From a virus: a stretch of DNA of 64,000 nucleotides. A program made the position numbers and the translations under genes. This document shows positions 1 through 11,100 of this stretch, piece by piece (the stretch's first letter is position 1; every line of letters begins with the position of its first letter). The notes beneath the pieces are model-generated. The model did no database searches. It had not been told where the DNA came from and worked only from the letters and a program-made list of their open reading frames with translations. The DNA lies in IMG/VR virus record IMGVR_UViG_3300035670_000024, one strand, 5' to 3'.

Positions 1-3000
1 GGAGCAATTGTAATAGAAGGAGCAGTTCTATACTGACTTCCAGTAGCAATTACATCAATAGAAACTACCTTTCCATTTACAACATTAGGAGATGCTTCTG
101 CACGAATTCCAAATGCATCAGGAGGAGGTGCATCTATTGTTACCAATGGTGGATTTAAATCAGAATATCCTCCTCCTGGATTATCTACTTCAATTGTTTG
201 AACAATATAGAATAATTCTCCAAAATAAAGTGCCTGACCATCATAAGGACGATAAGAACCTATTCCAGATATAATTACAGTATCTTGTTCAACAGCAGCA
301 TTTTGTTCTACTACACCAGTATATCTGTAAATTGATTTTGAAGTATTATCACCAACACCATCAGCAACTAATCCAAGTCTTCCGAAAGATGAGTTGGAGT
401 TTGTAATATCACACTGACCACCAGAACCAGTAAAGATTGCAATATCATTACAGATGGTAAAAATTGAAACTAACTGGGAGTAAGCACCATTTGTAATAGA
501 AACTCCAATACCACCTTGATTATACTGAGTATAAGAGTCAACACTCATAGAACCAGTAACACCAATATCAATTTGATCTCCAGGTTCTGCTTCAAATCCA
601 TTAACCTTCATTCCAATACTACCTGGAACAAAGTTAGTGCAGTTTCTTACATAAGGGCCTTGAGTAATTGGTCCAACTCCAGGTGAATAAGGTGGTTTTA
701 CATATCCTCCATCAACATAAGTATGAGGAATAGTAGAAGGCCCAACTTTTACCACAAAAGTTGTTCCTGCACCTATAACATCAGTGACTCTGAATTTATA
801 ACCTTCATTTCCAGTTGGATATATTGTAGTTGTTCCAGCACCACTTGTGCAACTAAATTCCAGATCTCTCAAAGTAACTACATCACCAACTCTTACATAT
901 GCACCTGGAGCAGTAATTGTAGTAATTCCTGATGTGTGATCATAAATTGCATTATCAACAGAAACTGAACGATTTACTACATACCCTGTTCCAGATACAT
1001 ATTGGCGAGCAATTGTTGATATTCCAATATTGATAACGATAGAATTATCCTCGTTCATTCTATCAACATAATAATCATAACCAAGTTGATCAGTAGTATA
1101 GGATTTAATAACCGGAGTATCAAGTAAATAAGTATAAAGCAAATCTCTTACTTCAATTATATCACCTTTTTTAACATTTAATGGTGATGCTGGTATAATA
1201 GTTATTTCTCCAGTTTGTTCATCATAAGGAGCATCAGTAATTTGAATCTTTCCAGTAAAACCGATTCCACTGTTTCCAGGATAAGAAGTTGTAATTCCAG
1301 ATTCAGATCCAAGTCCAACAATCGTGGTAACAACTCCTACACAAGAACGAATTGCAGAAACTACATTTGAACATCCATTGATTGCATTGTTAAATCCTGT
1401 TTCAAAATCAGGTTGCATTCCCAAATCTTTTACTTGATAGAATTCATTTTGGAAACTTGTGTACTTTTGTACAGTTCCTCCAGAAACATAAGTGTGAGGT
1501 AATGTTGATTGACCTACAACAACTTCAAAACTGTCAGAGTCTATTACATCTAAAACATTAAATACATATCCATAAGCACCAGTTGGATAAGTTAAAGTAA
1601 GAACTCCTCCATCGGAAGGGCAAGTAAAACCTAATCCAACAATTTTTACTGCATCATTTTGATTAAGATTATGATTTTCTGCTGTAATTGTTGCAACTCC
1701 AGTAACATTATCATAATCAGCAAATATTACATCAGTAGCAACTCCTACAGGATAACCTCCCCAAGTGCAGTTATTAACTACTGAACGAGCAACATTGAAG
1801 GAATAGTCTAAAGTTGCAATAGTTTGCTCAACTTCTCCAGGATTCTTTAAAATTTGAGGTATTAAATTCCAATCCTCATCATAGTAAATTTCTCCTGCTC
1901 TCACACAACGAAAATTACCTCCTCTTGTAATGTCAAAACAGATTGCTCTCCAAATATCTTTTACATCATCTGCACAGTCTTGACTTTCAAGAGTAACACC
2001 AAATTCAATTGAAGGTGCCTGTTCAGTTCCTAATCCAACAATACTAGTAACAATTCCTGCAAGAGTTTCAATTCTTACAATTGTATCTCCACAACCACCA
2101 GGAACTAGAATTGGAGAATAACTACTAATATCTTGAGTTAAAGAAGTATATTGATCTGGATAAGACTCATTATTAATTACGAAGGTTACAATACCAACTG
2201 CATGTTCAATAGCATCTATAGTTGCCTGACGAACACTATAACCATTTACATCAGTCCCTGTAATATGCTGAAGTGCTCCGGCATTATCATAGTAAGATAA
2301 TCCAGCACCAACAGATTTCTTATTACTTCCTGCCTTTAAATCATAAGAAATTGAACGAAGAATATCTTTAATATCATCCTCACAATCTCCAGGAACAGTA
2401 GGTACTACAAATGCTGGAGACTTATAATCTGTAGAAGTGAGAAATCCAATAGTTTCTGATGCAATATAATCTAGATTTAAGTCTATAAGTCTTGCAGCAT
2501 CTTGTTCTCTATGATTTCCTGCAAATCCACTAAATCCACTTGTTAAAAATCCAACTGATTCTTTTGCAATATAATCAAGATTCAAACGAATCATTCTTGC
2601 ACCATCAAAAAATCTATCTACTTGAACACCTTCAAGAGGTTCAAATGAAACGATAGCAGATCCATTGGTCATTTCAGGCCCAATGAAACTCATGTCAGTA
2701 ATATGACATCCATTATTTACATAGAATAAATCTAGATCTGGAAATCTTGGAGTTACTACACAATTTCTTAATTCTGTTCCTTCAACAGAAACTGTCTTTT
2801 TCAAAACTATGGGGTTTTCTTCTACATAGACACCAGGATATACTTTAATAGTATCACCAAAGTTTGCTATTTGAGCTGCGGCTTTAATCGTTCTTTTTGA
2901 ATGATTTTCAGACAATCCTGTATTAGTATCATCACCATTTTGAGTAACAAATATAGTTTTTCCAGTAGGTTTATATGCATCTACAGTAACTATTCCCTTT

Positions 3001-3539
3001 CCAGGATCTTGTGATGCATCAATTTGAACACCTATTCCAGGAACAATCTGAGTTACAATTCCTGCTAAATTTATACCATCTCCAAAATATTCAAGAGCAG
3101 ATACACTTCCGCCAAATAAACCTGTAGTAGAAACTTCAAGAGATCCTTCAACTACAGCATTATTTTGTACAAAAATATCACTTCCAACAGTAACACTATT
3201 TCCTACGGAAATATTACTTGCAACTGTAGCATCATTTGCTACAGTAAGATCATTTCCAATACTAGCAGATCCAGATGCATTTAAATTTCCATCTAGTCCT
3301 ATACCACCACCAACTACTAAAGATCCAGTAGTTGTTGAAGTTGATTGTTGAGTGTTAGAGAAATTTACTAATCCTTCAACATCTAAATCACCTTCAAATA
3401 TACCATCACCCGCAACATCTAAAGTACTTTGGGGATTAGTGGTTCCTATACCAACTCTATCCGCAACCCCATCGGCATAAATTAGATTTTCGTCAACTTC
3501 AAGACCATTTTTTACGACAAAATTCTTGTTTATACCCAT
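1..3539 (-). CDS. Large virion structural protein (partial; runs off the left edge)
   Basis: ATG at 3539 gives MGINKNFVVKNGLEVDENLIYADGVADRVGIGTTNP..., later IFVTQNGDDTNTGLSEN..KRTIKAAAQ..GDTIKVYPGVYVEENP..GTELRN, typical of cyanomyovirus structural proteins. Not in the ORF track, presumably because no stop lies in the window; only sampled stretches were translated. Confidence 0.75.
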   Translation of the reverse strand, partial: MGINKNFVVKNGLEVDENLIYADGVADRVGIGTTNPQSTLDVAGDGIFEGDLDVEGLVNFSNTQQSTSTTTGSLVVGGGIGLDGNLNASGSASIGNDLTVANDATVASNISVGNSVTVGSDIFVQNNAVVEGSLEVSTTGLFGGSVSALEYFGDGINLAGIVTQIVPGIGVQIDASQDPGKGIVTVDAYKPTGKTIFVTQNGDDTNTGLSENHSKRTIKAAAQIANFGDTIKVYPGVYVEENPIVLKKTVSVEGTELRNCVVTPRFPDLDLFYVNNGCHITDMSFIGPEMTNGSAIVSFEPLEGVQVDRFFDGARMIRLNLDYIAKESVGFLTSGFSGFAGNHREQDAARLIDLNLDYIASETIGFLTSTDYKSPAFVVPTVPGDCEDDIKDILRSISYDLKAGSNKKSVGAGLSYYDNAGALQHITGTDVNGYSVRQATIDAIEHAVGIVTFVINNESYPDQYTSLTQDISSYSPILVPGGCGDTIVRIETLAGIVTSIVGLGTEQAPSIEFGVTLESQDCADDVKDIWRAICFDITRGGNFRCVRAGEIYYDEDWNLIPQILKNPGEVEQTIATLDYSFNVARSVVNNCTWGGYPVGVATDVIFADYDNVTGVATITAENHNLNQNDAVKIVGLGFTCPSDGGVLTLTYPTGAYGYVFNVLDVIDSDSFEVVVGQSTLPHTYVSGGTVQKYTSFQNEFYQVKDLGMQPDFETGFNNAINGCSNVVSAIRSCVGVVTTIVGLGSESGITTSYPGNSGIGFTGKIQITDAPYDEQTGEITIIPASPLNVKKGDIIEVRDLLYTYLLDTPVIKSYTTDQLGYDYYVDRMNEDNSIVINIGISTIARQYVSGTGYVVNRSVSVDNAIYDHTSGITTITAPGAYVRVGDVVTLRDLEFSCTSGAGTTTIYPTGNEGYKFRVTDVIGAGTTFVVKVGPSTIPHTYVDGGYVKPPYSPGVGPITQGPYVRNCTNFVPGSIGMKVNGFEAEPGDQIDIGVTGSMSVDSYTQYNQGGIGVSITNGAYSQLVSIFTICNDIAIFTGSGGQCDITNSNSSFGRLGLVADGVGDNTSKSIYRYTGVVEQNAAVEQDTVIISGIGSYRPYDGQALYFGELFYIVQTIEVDNPGGGYSDLNPPLVTIDAPPPDAFGIRAEASPNVVNGKVVSIDVIATGSQYRTAPSITIA

Positions 3540-3598
3540 TTTACTTAAGGTTCACTATCCCCTTTTTTATTATTTAGATGATTTTTATTTTTATATGA

Positions 3599-6500
3599 TT
3601 AACCACAATATAAAACTGCAGTGACTAAGAATGATCCATCATCATATACTCTTTGCGGAATAGTGCTAGTAACTTTACCAACTGTTTTTGATCTAATAAT
3701 ATCATCATCTTGAACTCTTCCACAACCATTACCATCAGATTCAATAAGATCGCCAATTTCTAAAGTTTGTCCAGATGCAATACGAATAAAATAGTTACCA
3801 ATAGCAGCACAATTCATATCATTCCAAGTATTAACCATTTTTTCAGGAATGTCATTATCATCCCATCCCAGAAATACACCAAAGACCTTCTTAGATGCTG
3901 GAGTGTCACTAATTTTTACACAAACATGTTTATTTAAATCATAAGGAATTTCTTCTTCATTTTTAATAATTGCATCATAAATATTTCCTTCATATCCAAT
4001 TTGTATAGTATCTCCTGCTTTTAATGACCCCTCATATGCCGAGATTTTTTCTTCTCCATTTACATTAAATACTGCAACTTTCCATTCAATCAACTTATTT
4101 ACCGTTTCTAAAATAGTTCCCGGCAAAACATCAGGTTTACTTCCATCTTCAAAACGACCCCAGTGAGTACCTAAGAAAGTTCCATAAGATATAGTTCCTC
4201 CTGCATTACTAATAGTACCCTCATTATTCCCATTTCTAAACCACCAAATTAAAGCTCCATTATTACTTCTACCAATACGAACTGGAACCTCATCAATTCG
4301 GTTAATAGAAAATACCCCATCTCCTAATCTTGATGCGTTGGTATTACCTGCATTTGCAGCTGGATCACCAACATCTGTCCCTACAAATAAATCATTGACA
4401 GTTAGAATTCCATTGATACTCTGATCTCCTACTGTATAAACTCCATTAGTAACAGAACCAGCATTACCAGTAATACTACCAGAAATTGTGCTAGTGAAAG
4501 TTTTAACTCCACCAATAGTTTGGGGTCCAGAATCTCTTACAACAGTTGAATCTACTTGAATAGAATCAGCATTAACAGTAATACCACTACCCTGACCAAT
4601 ATTCAAAGTTACATCTTGACCATTTAAAATTCCCCCACCAGTTAATCCATTACCAGCAATTACTGATCTATTAAGATTAGTGGAAGTAGTTGATGTAGAT
4701 GCATTTATTGCATTAGTTATTGTACCTTGAATTGTATTAGTAAAAGTTTTAATTCCACTAATACTTTGATTATCAGATCTTGTGACAACTACATCAGTAT
4801 TAATACCAACAGTAGTACCACTCACAGTAATACCACTACCTTGACCAACACTTAAAGTTACATTTTGATTATTTAAAATTCCTCCACCAGTTAATCCAAC
4901 ACCAGCGATTACTGATCTAGTAAGATTAATTGCAGTAGTTGCAGTAGTTGCATTTCCATTAACATCACCATTTAGTACACCTATAATTCCATTAGAAACT
5001 GTAAGTTGTCCAGATCCGCTCAAGGACATTAATTCAACTTGTCCTCCATACCATTTAAAGGAGAATCCACTTTCATTTTTTGGAATAGAATTCCATAGAA
5101 TATTACTACCAATACCAACAGCATAATCAACATTATTAGTATCTAAAGAATCATAATATACTATTCTGGTTCCGTTACTTCTAGTAGTAAATGTTGGAGC
5201 ATTTGTTCCTAAAGTGCTGGTTCCAAAATTAATAATATCAATTGGATTTCGGAGAACAATAGTTCCAAATCCAACTGTTGGATCTATTTCAATATCAACA
5301 TCAATACCAAATCCGTTAGGATCTCCAACAAATTTTAGTTTGTCTACAACTCCTTCAAGAATGTTTGATCCATTTTCTACACCTGAATAAATTGATATTT
5401 GAGTTCCTAAATCTCCAACATATCCCCAAGTTTTCCAACGATCATTTGTCGTATAAACCCAACCAATATTTTCGCCTTCATTTGGAGAAGCACGATAAAT
5501 TATATCACCATAATTTCCTGAAATAGATGGTTCTTCATTAGAAATAGAATATCTTCTAGAAATTTCTTGATCACCCTGTAAGAATATAGAAGGTACTTCA
5601 ATTCCTTCAGGAGAATAAGAAGTTAATTTTTCATTCAGAACAATTGGGCCATTAAATTCTGATACCACATTGTTATTTTTTCCACCACCAACTCTAATAG
5701 ATCTATCAATTACAACATCATTTGTTTTTACAATTTCATTTGTAGAACTTTCATCCCCGGCAAAAGTTTGAATTGGAGTATCAAAAACTTCTTCTTTTCC
5801 AGTTGCAGAAGTAGTTTTCTTATTTCCAGCATAAAAATCTCCAGAATCATCTGTTCCAGAATAGTAAACAACACCACCATTATATTTTAAAGATTGTGAT
5901 AATATTTTTTCAGTATCAGATAATTTTCTATCTTGTCTTTCGGGGAATGCAGTTGAATAATTACCAGGGCCAAATCCGACATATTCAAAGGTGTGCCCAG
6001 AAGCACGAATAATTGTATTTCTTCTAAATTCAATTGGAATAGGTTTAATTCTTTGAATTACAGATCCAGATGAGTGACTTGATCTAACAGTTCCAAATTG
6101 TGCTCTATAAACAGAAACATTACTATTGACAACTGGAGATTTTACTCTTAATACTTCTTGATTAATCTTGAGGTAATCCCCTATTTTTAGTCCAGTATTT
6201 TGAGCATTTGTAATTGAAATTATATCAGAACTAGATGATACTAAACTATTGTTTGTTAAAATAAGTTTATCATAGATATATCTACCTCTATCATTACCTC
6301 TTTGAGAAGTATTATAACCATATGGATGTACAATTCTAGTTCCAGTTGTTGCTGGAGTTGTAGTTGAAGTTCCAATTCCTACAATTTCAAATGATGTTGA
6401 TGAGAGAATTTTACTGACTGATACATCTTTATTATAAAAAGATTGTGTAAATCCATCAAGTCTAATTTTTTGATTTAGATTTAAATCATGAGAAGATAAA

Positions 6501-9500
6501 GTCGTAACAGTTGCAATTCCAACTATTCTATCATAAGTAAAATTAGAAACTGTAAGTGCTATTCCAGTTACAACTGCTGTAGAATCACTTGATACTAAAG
6601 ATGTACTAAAATTAGTAACTATTCCAGCAGATGAAACTACTATTCTATTATTTGCAGGAATAGATGTAATTCTATAAAGATTATTATATCCAGTATTAAT
6701 TCCAGTGTATCCAGAAAGACTTACTACTTCATTAATATTATTACTAATAGAAGTTACAGATATCGTTGCTGGTACAAATCCTGTAGTTGTTCCAATACCA
6801 GATCTAGGAAGAATTGATAATGTATTACCAACTGCATAGCAACTTCCACCATCCATAATTTGAACGGAAGAAATATTTCCAGTTGAATTTACATCAATTG
6901 CTACTTTAGCACCAATTCCAGTAGCAGATCCCTGTAAATCCACACCATAATAAGTTCCAGGAACATAACTTGATCCAGCACTTACTATGCTAAAGGAATT
7001 AATCTGTGAAAGACCATGATCTATAGTTGTGTAAATTGTATGAGAAGTTCCTACTGAATCTGAAACTATTGCAGTTACTCCAAATCCAACATTAAAGTCG
7101 CTAATGAATTTGGTTAAAGTTTCTTTTGTAATGCTATTTTCTGAACTATCAAGAGTTACTTCACCAATAATATCCAACTTAGCAAATGAAACTGCTTCTT
7201 TTGGATCTGATGATGGATTATCTCTATCAGTTTGAGGATAAAGATTTTTAATTGGTTGAGATAATTTAATATTATTGAAAGGTGATGCAATAGGAGAGAC
7301 TGAATTATTTAAAATGATCAATTCATAAATTCCGTCTTGCTTTTCTGGAATATATTCTTGAATAGTTTCAATTGTATAGAGTTTGTAAGTATTTACAGTT
7401 TCTTTTGGTTGGAAATATGGAAGATTTAAATCTCTTGTTGTAGTATTGTTAGAAAATAAACCAGGATTAATTATAATATCAACTACAAATTGCTTAGAAT
7501 TAGTAATTCTCTTTACAGTGTAAGTTCCATTATATCCATCGGGAACTACATTTTCTATTTTTACTTTTGATCCAACAAGCAGTTCATGATCTAATTCACT
7601 AGTTATTATCGCTTCACCCGCATTCCAAGTTGCATTTGAAATATATTTTGGACTTCTTAAATCGTTTACATTCTGTAAAGATTCATCTCCAAAGTAAATA
7701 TCAATTTCATTTTCTCCAAGTAGATTCTTATTACTTTTTTGTAAAACATATCCATCAACAGGAGGTCTTGCTACAACAGAGGAATCTTTTGGAATAACAT
7801 ATTCAAATTTATAAATGGTATCTTCTATATTTCTTCTATCTGGAATTCTTTCAATATAAGTTTTGTTGGTAGTTTCTACTCCAGTTTTAGATAAGAGATG
7901 AGTATATAAAGTACTATTTGGTGCAACTGTTATATACCAATTAGACTTAATAGAATCCCACTGAACAGGATGACCTATTTCTCCAACATTTTTATCAGAA
8001 ACTCTACTAACAACTCTTAGGTTTCCACCTTTTGTATTGAGATTTACAAATACATTATTCAAAGCAGAATCAAATGTTTCTGCTAACCTAATTTGATTAT
8101 TTCCTCCAGTAGTTACATCAATAGCATAATAAATTTTATCCTCAATTCCATCAGGAAGATACCCATTATCAGAAACTACTCTTACTTTTTCCCCGGTTTG
8201 GAAAGTGTCAGTTTGAGTAAAGTTTATTATTCCTGAAGAGATACTATTTTCAGTATTATTGTTGATTCTTGCAACATTAAATGATTTTTCATAAGAAGTA
8301 GTTGTATCTGGAATTACAACAGATGCTGTTGAATTTTCCAAATAAAGAGTTTCATTTTTGGCAGCGCCTACTCTATATCCATCTAATAATGTTCTTGGAG
8401 GATTGTTAAAGTCCTTCTCATCGTATAAGTATAATCTTGTAGTTGTAGCAGCTCCAGCCGCACTAGTTGTAGTTAATCCAACATCAATAGAATTAAACTC
8501 AACAGTTATTTTTTGGGACTCTATATCTCTAGGAGGAATTATTTTAGTGATAAATCCTACATCATCTCTAGGAAAAGCATCTCTACTAAATCCATCAGAT
8601 ACGAGTGCTTTAGATCCAAAGTTTGAGTTAGAGTTTGTGATTGAATAGTCTCCACCACTTTCCGCAAGGAATTGGTTAGCAAATCCAATAGCAAAGATAC
8701 TTACAAGTTGACAGAAACCACCTTCAGATACCTTGATGTGATAGTTTTCATATTCAGGTTTAAATCTTGCTCTTGAGTTTTTGTAGAGATTTGGAACTGC
8801 AACAGAATCTCTATATACCCCAGTATTTTTATCATATAAAACAAAAGCATTATCATCCTTTTGAATACCAATTCCAGTGAATTGGGCAACAACCATACTC
8901 TTAAATCCATCTGCCTTACTTCCATCAGCATGAAGTCCGCACATTCCATAAACGGATCTCAATGATACATTGAAGACATATGGAGAAGCAGAAGATACTG
9001 TATCGGTTACAATACTAATGTTTGCTCCAAATATTTCAGGGGAAGCAACTTGAGGTACAATACTTGACTTATACTGGAATTGATTTGTTCCTAATACTCT
9101 AAAAACAGTAAATTGTCCAGAATATCCAGACTCATTAATTCCAGAAACCTGGATTGAAGTATCAACACTGATTCCTTCAAGAGGTTCTGTAGTTGTTACT
9201 GTGATTATATTGGTTGGAGTGAATCCATTTCCTGCTCTTATCTCGGAGATTTGGAAATCTTTTCCTCTTGATCCTACAATTCTAAATTCATCTACAACTG
9301 GTTGAATATCTACTGCAGCGCCAGTTGAATATATTACATCATCAATTGGTCTACCAGAAGAATCTCCATATACTAGAGATATTTTTTCATAGTACATTTC
9401 AAGATCAGTTCTTGATGTTGATATGGACTGATTAAAAATATCAGTGATAGCAACATCATTAACCCCATCAGCATATTCAAAACAAGTTAACTTGTGATGT

Positions 9501-10114
9501 GAAAATGTTGGTGTATGCTTTAATGTTGTATAATCTTTATATGCAAGTCCATTTGGATCTGCATCAAGAACTGAAAATCCATATAAAAATGATGCTCCAG
9601 TAAGTCTAAAAATAGCAGATCTTTCTATAGCATTATTAGTTGGATCTGGAACATATAAGGGTCTGATTACAGTTTTTCTAAGATCCTTTGCTACAATACT
9701 TACACCACGAGGAAGAATCAAACCACCATGAACAGAATTTAATTTATAAAGATCATTAGTTGCAGATGTTATATCATAAACAGTATCTAAAGACCATGGT
9801 GTTATTGTAGTATTTGCTCCACTTCTGAGTTTTATACTTCCAGTATCATCTATGAATGCTCCAGGGCGATTATCAACAAGATGTTGTCCTGGATATATTA
9901 ATATTGTTGTTCTACCAAATCTATCATTATCTAAACCTGCCTGATATGAGAATCTCGCTGCTTCTGCTAGTGCCCTGTTTAAAGTTTTAAACGGAACCAT
10001 TTGACTGCTTCCGTCATTCTCAATGCTATCTGTAGAATCTAAAGCATTTGGATCAACATGAAGTAGGTTGCCACGAACAGACTTCAAAAATGCTTCTAAT
10101 CTGGAAAGACCCAT
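3599..10114 (-). CDS. 2171-aa virion structural / tail-fibre-like protein
   Basis: MGLSRL N-terminus, beta-helix-like region, GIGT motifs, duplicated RSVIAGxGLTGGGILN fibre repeats, C-terminal LIESDGNGCGRVQDDDIIRSKT domain of cyanophage fibres. Confidence 0.75.
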   Translation of the reverse strand: MGLSRLEAFLKSVRGNLLHVDPNALDSTDSIENDGSSQMVPFKTLNRALAEAARFSYQAGLDNDRFGRTTILIYPGQHLVDNRPGAFIDDTGSIKLRSGANTTITPWSLDTVYDITSATNDLYKLNSVHGGLILPRGVSIVAKDLRKTVIRPLYVPDPTNNAIERSAIFRLTGASFLYGFSVLDADPNGLAYKDYTTLKHTPTFSHHKLTCFEYADGVNDVAITDIFNQSISTSRTDLEMYYEKISLVYGDSSGRPIDDVIYSTGAAVDIQPVVDEFRIVGSRGKDFQISEIRAGNGFTPTNIITVTTTEPLEGISVDTSIQVSGINESGYSGQFTVFRVLGTNQFQYKSSIVPQVASPEIFGANISIVTDTVSSASPYVFNVSLRSVYGMCGLHADGSKADGFKSMVVAQFTGIGIQKDDNAFVLYDKNTGVYRDSVAVPNLYKNSRARFKPEYENYHIKVSEGGFCQLVSIFAIGFANQFLAESGGDYSITNSNSNFGSKALVSDGFSRDAFPRDDVGFITKIIPPRDIESQKITVEFNSIDVGLTTTSAAGAATTTRLYLYDEKDFNNPPRTLLDGYRVGAAKNETLYLENSTASVVIPDTTTSYEKSFNVARINNNTENSISSGIINFTQTDTFQTGEKVRVVSDNGYLPDGIEDKIYYAIDVTTGGNNQIRLAETFDSALNNVFVNLNTKGGNLRVVSRVSDKNVGEIGHPVQWDSIKSNWYITVAPNSTLYTHLLSKTGVETTNKTYIERIPDRRNIEDTIYKFEYVIPKDSSVVARPPVDGYVLQKSNKNLLGENEIDIYFGDESLQNVNDLRSPKYISNATWNAGEAIITSELDHELLVGSKVKIENVVPDGYNGTYTVKRITNSKQFVVDIIINPGLFSNNTTTRDLNLPYFQPKETVNTYKLYTIETIQEYIPEKQDGIYELIILNNSVSPIASPFNNIKLSQPIKNLYPQTDRDNPSSDPKEAVSFAKLDIIGEVTLDSSENSITKETLTKFISDFNVGFGVTAIVSDSVGTSHTIYTTIDHGLSQINSFSIVSAGSSYVPGTYYGVDLQGSATGIGAKVAIDVNSTGNISSVQIMDGGSCYAVGNTLSILPRSGIGTTTGFVPATISVTSISNNINEVVSLSGYTGINTGYNNLYRITSIPANNRIVVSSAGIVTNFSTSLVSSDSTAVVTGIALTVSNFTYDRIVGIATVTTLSSHDLNLNQKIRLDGFTQSFYNKDVSVSKILSSTSFEIVGIGTSTTTPATTGTRIVHPYGYNTSQRGNDRGRYIYDKLILTNNSLVSSSSDIISITNAQNTGLKIGDYLKINQEVLRVKSPVVNSNVSVYRAQFGTVRSSHSSGSVIQRIKPIPIEFRRNTIIRASGHTFEYVGFGPGNYSTAFPERQDRKLSDTEKILSQSLKYNGGVVYYSGTDDSGDFYAGNKKTTSATGKEEVFDTPIQTFAGDESSTNEIVKTNDVVIDRSIRVGGGKNNNVVSEFNGPIVLNEKLTSYSPEGIEVPSIFLQGDQEISRRYSISNEEPSISGNYGDIIYRASPNEGENIGWVYTTNDRWKTWGYVGDLGTQISIYSGVENGSNILEGVVDKLKFVGDPNGFGIDVDIEIDPTVGFGTIVLRNPIDIINFGTSTLGTNAPTFTTRSNGTRIVYYDSLDTNNVDYAVGIGSNILWNSIPKNESGFSFKWYGGQVELMSLSGSGQLTVSNGIIGVLNGDVNGNATTATTAINLTRSVIAGVGLTGGGILNNQNVTLSVGQGSGITVSGTTVGINTDVVVTRSDNQSISGIKTFTNTIQGTITNAINASTSTTSTNLNRSVIAGNGLTGGGILNGQDVTLNIGQGSGITVNADSIQVDSTVVRDSGPQTIGGVKTFTSTISGSITGNAGSVTNGVYTVGDQSINGILTVNDLFVGTDVGDPAANAGNTNASRLGDGVFSINRIDEVPVRIGRSNNGALIWWFRNGNNEGTISNAGGTISYGTFLGTHWGRFEDGSKPDVLPGTILETVNKLIEWKVAVFNVNGEEKISAYEGSLKAGDTIQIGYEGNIYDAIIKNEEEIPYDLNKHVCVKISDTPASKKVFGVFLGWDDNDIPEKMVNTWNDMNCAAIGNYFIRIASGQTLEIGDLIESDGNGCGRVQDDDIIRSKTVGKVTSTIPQRVYDDGSFLVTAVLYCG

Positions 10115-10173
10115 CTTTATTACACTATAAGTTCCTTATCATTTATTTATTCATAAGAAACTTCCCCTTCAAT

Positions 10174-10341
10174 TTATATTTTGTTCTGAATAAGATACTC
10201 TACAGTATTTGCAATATCATTCATAGCATCCCTCAGTTCAGGTCTTTGTCCAGATTCCTGTCGTATAATTGGTCTATGATCATCAGTCAATGTCCATCTC
10301 CACTGCTTCATAGACTCGCACCACCAGAGATTGATTTTCAT
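10174..10341 (-). CDS. Small hypothetical protein (55 aa, MKINLWWCESMKQWRWTLTDD...)
   Basis: Manually translated open frame below the ORF-track cutoff; same strand as its neighbours. Confidence 0.65.
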   Translation of the reverse strand: MKINLWWCESMKQWRWTLTDDHRPIIRQESGQRPELRDAMNDIANTVEYLIQNKI

Positions 10342-10359
10342 AATCTTTTTATGAACTTA

Positions 10360-10431
10360 AGCCACTTGTCAGATTTGAACTGACGACCGCTCGCTTACAA
10401 GGCGAGTGCTCTACCACTGAGCTAAAGGGGC
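10360..10431 (-). tRNA. tRNA-Thr(UGU)
   Basis: Cloverleaf; anticodon arm CTCGC-CT-TGT-AA-GCGAG; T-loop GTTCAAATC; no encoded CCA. Confidence 0.93.
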
Positions 10432-10453
10432 GAATAAAATCATTATAAGGTAT

Positions 10454-10732
10454 TTAGAGAATTTCGTCAAGCACTTCTGGATTCTCAAGTTCAACAGGAA
10501 ATAAACATGGATGCACTTCTTCGTCTATAAGATAGAAAGATTTTTGATAAAAGATTTCAGGAGTCATTGTAAGTTGTTGATTTGCTTTTTCAATTATTTC
10601 AGGATCATTCTGAGCAATTTCAGGAATATCATCAAATGTAAAAGGAATGTTATTAATGTAGTATGTCTTTATAATATATTTTCCATCTTGAGTATTATAC
10701 CAATTATAAGAAAAGGTGATTAGATACTTCAT
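10454..10732 (-). CDS. Hypothetical protein
   Basis: ORF track; strand matches neighbours. Confidence 0.6.
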   Translation of the reverse strand: MKYLITFSYNWYNTQDGKYIIKTYYINNIPFTFDDIPEIAQNDPEIIEKANQQLTMTPEIFYQKSFYLIDEEVHPCLFPVELENPEVLDEIL

Positions 10733-10794
10733 TAGAATTCATCAGTATCTTATATTTATTTTTTATTTTTACCTCTAGAATTTTACCTTAAAAG

Positions 10795-10880
10795 TAGGCG
10801 AGGCGAGACTTGAACTCGCATGGGCACAATGCCCGTCAGATTTTAAGTCTGAGATGTCTAACCAATTCCATCACTCGCCC
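10795..10880 (-). tRNA. tRNA-Leu(UAA)
   Basis: TCAGA-CT-TAA-AA-TCTGA anticodon arm; long variable arm GGGCA-TTG-TGCCC; GTTCAAGTC. Confidence 0.93.
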
Positions 10881-10902
10881 AATAAGATCCTTAAGGATCT
10901 AG

Positions 10903-10976
10903 TGGAAATGCTGGGGATTGAACCCAGAACCTCACGCTTATAAGGCGTGTGCTCTAACCAGTTGAGCTACATTTCC
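10903..10976 (-). tRNA. tRNA-Ile(UAU)
   Basis: GGAAATG/CATTTCC acceptor stem; CACGC-CT-TAT-AA-GCGTG anticodon arm; GTTCAATCC. Confidence 0.9.
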
Positions 10977-10980
10977 GAAG

Positions 10981-11019
10981 TGAGACAATCATAAGGTATA
11001 AACCCCAGATTGTCAAGTG
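10981..11019 (-). promoter_or_regulatory. Sigma70-type promoter for tRNA-Ile (repeat copy 1)
   Basis: TTGACA-17nt-TATGAT; near-duplicate of 11101-11139. Confidence 0.7.
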
Positions 11020-11099
11020 CCCCTAGTCAGATTTGAACTGACAAGCCTCGTAGGCGGTTGATTTTGAGTCAACTGTGTTTACCGTTTCACCACAGGGGC
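11018..11099 (-). tRNA. tRNA-Leu(CAA)
   Basis: GTTGA-CT-CAA-AA-TCAAC anticodon arm; variable arm; GTTCAAATC. Confidence 0.92.
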
Positions 11100-11100
11100 A

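Noticed and set aside
92-932. Plus-strand ORFs 92-274 and 723-932, and similar antisense or nested ORFs such as 8358, 13113, 14826, 24105, 27980, 44691, 46063, 47109 and 52412
   Set aside because: They lie opposite or inside well-supported minus-strand genes and show no recognisable motifs.
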